A DNA stretch of 64,000 nt from Thermodesulfobacteriota bacterium (GTDB lineage: Bacteria > Desulfobacterota > Desulfarculia > JACQYL01). Position 1 is the first letter of the stretch, and each line of letters opens with the position of its first letter. A program made the position numbers and the translations under genes. Under the pieces are notes generated by a model, which was not told where the DNA came from, did not search any database, and saw nothing but the letters and a program-made list of their open reading frames with translations. The stretch spans positions 4,096,001-4,160,000 of the forward strand of contig CAXXLZ010000002.1 in assembly GCA_963675595.2 (NCBI GenBank). Direction: 5' to 3'. Below are positions 62,397-64,000 of the stretch, piece after piece.

Positions 62397-62876
62397 ATGC
62401 ATTCGACGGATTCGGGAACCGGTGGAGGGGCAATTTCCCGGCGAACTTGGTTGAGTTTGTGCTGGGCGTTGGGAGGGGCCGTTTTGCTGGTTACGGCACG
62501 CGGAATCCTGTCGGTCTTGTCCTATCGGCCCGAAACGCCGGCTCGGAGATATGAACTGCCCGCGCCGTCGACGGTTCCCCACAAGGGACCGGGTTTCTGG
62601 GTGGACAGGGATCCACGCGGCTGGTTTGCGTTCTCGGACATTTGTCCCCACCTTGGATGCGAGCCCGAATATTCACGGGAGCGTAATGCGTATCTGTGTC
62701 CGTGCCATGGGAGTCGGTTCGGCGAGGGCGGCAGGTTCCTTTCCGGACCGGCGGGCAAAGACCTGCCCCGTGTGCGTATCAGCCGTACGGACACGGGACT
62801 TCTGTTGGTGGAGCCGGGTGAGACCGTGAGCGCCGACTACCGCTTACCGGTGAAAACGGAGGAAGAGGCTTCATAG
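62397..62876 (+). CDS. Rieske 2Fe-2S protein (bc-type)
   Basis: Tat-like SRR plus TM segment, CPHLGC, CPCHGS and GPA. Confidence 0.9.
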   Translation: MHSTDSGTGGGAISRRTWLSLCWALGGAVLLVTARGILSVLSYRPETPARRYELPAPSTVPHKGPGFWVDRDPRGWFAFSDICPHLGCEPEYSRERNAYLCPCHGSRFGEGGRFLSGPAGKDLPRVRISRTDTGLLLVEPGETVSADYRLPVKTEEEAS

Positions 62877-63147
62877 GGTATGTGAAGGATTTCCTGAGAG
62901 TCCCTGCGAGGAAATCCGACGCGAGAGGGAGGGAGGCTCCGAAGGCCATATGTGAATTGCGTAACGAACGTGGGGCGCGGTTCTTCTGAACGCGGATGGT
63001 TTGTGCGGGTTCGATCCGGTTAATTTGTTGGGTTCAAAGGCAGGTTTTTGGCGAAACCGGGAGGCGAAAGGCGCGCGGGAGTGAAGAGAGAATGGGTCGA
63101 GAGCATGTGATGGAAAGTACAAACCCGCTCTTGAAGCCCTTTTTTTC

Positions 63148-63176
63148 TTGACAAGAAGCCCCCGTATCGTTAAATC
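63148..63176 (+). promoter_or_regulatory. Sigma70-type promoter upstream of qrcB
   Basis: TTGACA-17 bp-TAAATC. Confidence 0.55.
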
Positions 63177-63453
63177 GTGCACTTGATCGTCCACCCGTCC
63201 AGGCCCCGGTCAAGGGCAAATCCCTGTGTTTGGAGCCGGGCGGGCCGTTTCCATTTTTTGACGACGTTCCTCGGCAAAGGCGAACTGGAATCCCTCGTAT
63301 TTTGCGTGATCGCAAACCACGGAAAGCGCCTCCGGGATTCCACGGCGGTTGGAGAACGGGGACGCCCCGAACGACTTCATGGCGGCCTGCCGAGAGGGGC
63401 GGGAAGCCTGCACGCCAGCTATGCCTGTCATAAGTAATTGAGGGGTAGGTTCT

Positions 63454-64000
63454 ATGAATCTGGATCGAAGAGGATTTATCAAATTTCTGGTCGGGGGTGC
63501 GGTAGGTGTCGTCTTTTCGCCTGTTCCCTGGAAGCTGATGGACGACGTAGCCATCTGGACCCAGAACTGGCCGTGGGTGCCCAATCCTCCCAAGGGGGAG
63601 AATTCCTTTCGGAATACCGTCTCACCCTTTGGATATCGGGGATCGGGACTTTCGGTTCGACTCGTCGACGAAAAGCGAGCCATCACCCTTAAGGGAGCCG
63701 AAGGCAACCCGCTGAATCGCGGCGGCCTCGGTCCCGTCGACGTGTCCGCCCTCCAGTACCACTATCACAAATCGATTCGCGTCAAAGGTCCCATGTTGTT
63801 GAAAAACGGCAAGCATGAGGCCGTTTCCTGGGACGAGGCCATGAACCTCCTGGCCTCCAAGCTGAAGGAGCTGCGAGACCAAGGGGCCGGCGAAAAGGTC
63901 GCCATGATCAACGGCGCCCAACCCGGAACCATGACGGACTTGATGAAGCGGTTCATGACCGCCTACGGATCTCCCAATTACCTGTCCATGCCATGTGCCT
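63454..64000 (+). CDS. qrcB: Quinone reductase complex molybdopterin-like subunit (3'-truncated by window edge)
   Basis: Not in the ORF track. Translates as MNLDRRGFIKFLVGG...PWKLMDDVAIWTQNWPWVP..., with a Tat signal, the QrcB signature and no N-terminal Fe-S cysteines. Confidence 0.85.
   Translation, partial: MNLDRRGFIKFLVGGAVGVVFSPVPWKLMDDVAIWTQNWPWVPNPPKGENSFRNTVSPFGYRGSGLSVRLVDEKRAITLKGAEGNPLNRGGLGPVDVSALQYHYHKSIRVKGPMLLKNGKHEAVSWDEAMNLLASKLKELRDQGAGEKVAMINGAQPGTMTDLMKRFMTAYGSPNYLSMPCA

Noticed and set aside
62950-63184. Rex-like boxes upstream of qrcB
   Set aside because: ATGTGAAttgcGTAACGA and TCGTTAAatcgTGCACTT have too many mismatches to call without a matrix.

Overview
GC-rich chromosomal window, inferred to come from an anaerobic Desulfobacterota (deltaproteobacterial) genome on the basis of a selenocysteine formate dehydrogenase, QrcB, multiheme cytochromes and a GEMM-I riboswitch. 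From left to right it holds: (1) a c-di-GMP/two-component block (hybrid kinases, REC-GGDEF, TonB receptor plus YfiR-like protein); (2) two large secreted beta-rich proteins downstream of a LytS/LytTR pair, with three 21-bp-phased operator repeats, separated by an IS1111-type element, a REP/MITE and an IS630 fragment; (3) two secreted enzymes that share an unnamed C-terminal domain; (4) an AmiS/UreI channel with a long structured leader; (5) fdhA(Sec)-fdhB-fdhE; (6) another hybrid kinase/diguanylate cyclase pair; (7) a riboswitch-controlled PEP-CTERM-type gene, a broken DUF4160/DUF2442 pair and a leukocidin/alpha-hemolysin-like gene; (8) IS4 and an arsR/rhodanese/MauE/DsbA/sulfurtransferase cluster; (9) an AT-rich orphan beside tRNA-Ala, then tyrS; (10) an IS110 whose bridge-RNA guides can be read directly and match a genomic REP family, then trmL; (11) a heme-sensor two-component system divergent from a NapC-like, octaheme Hao-like and decaheme cluster; (12) scattered Rieske/cytochrome b parts and the start of qrcB. 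The best leads are two IS110-family elements tied to two different REP families, a possibly split two-chain surface beta-helix under LytTR control, an orphan structured RNA, a new shared C-terminal domain and a beta-pore-forming toxin homolog. All calls were made by eye, with no database searches.
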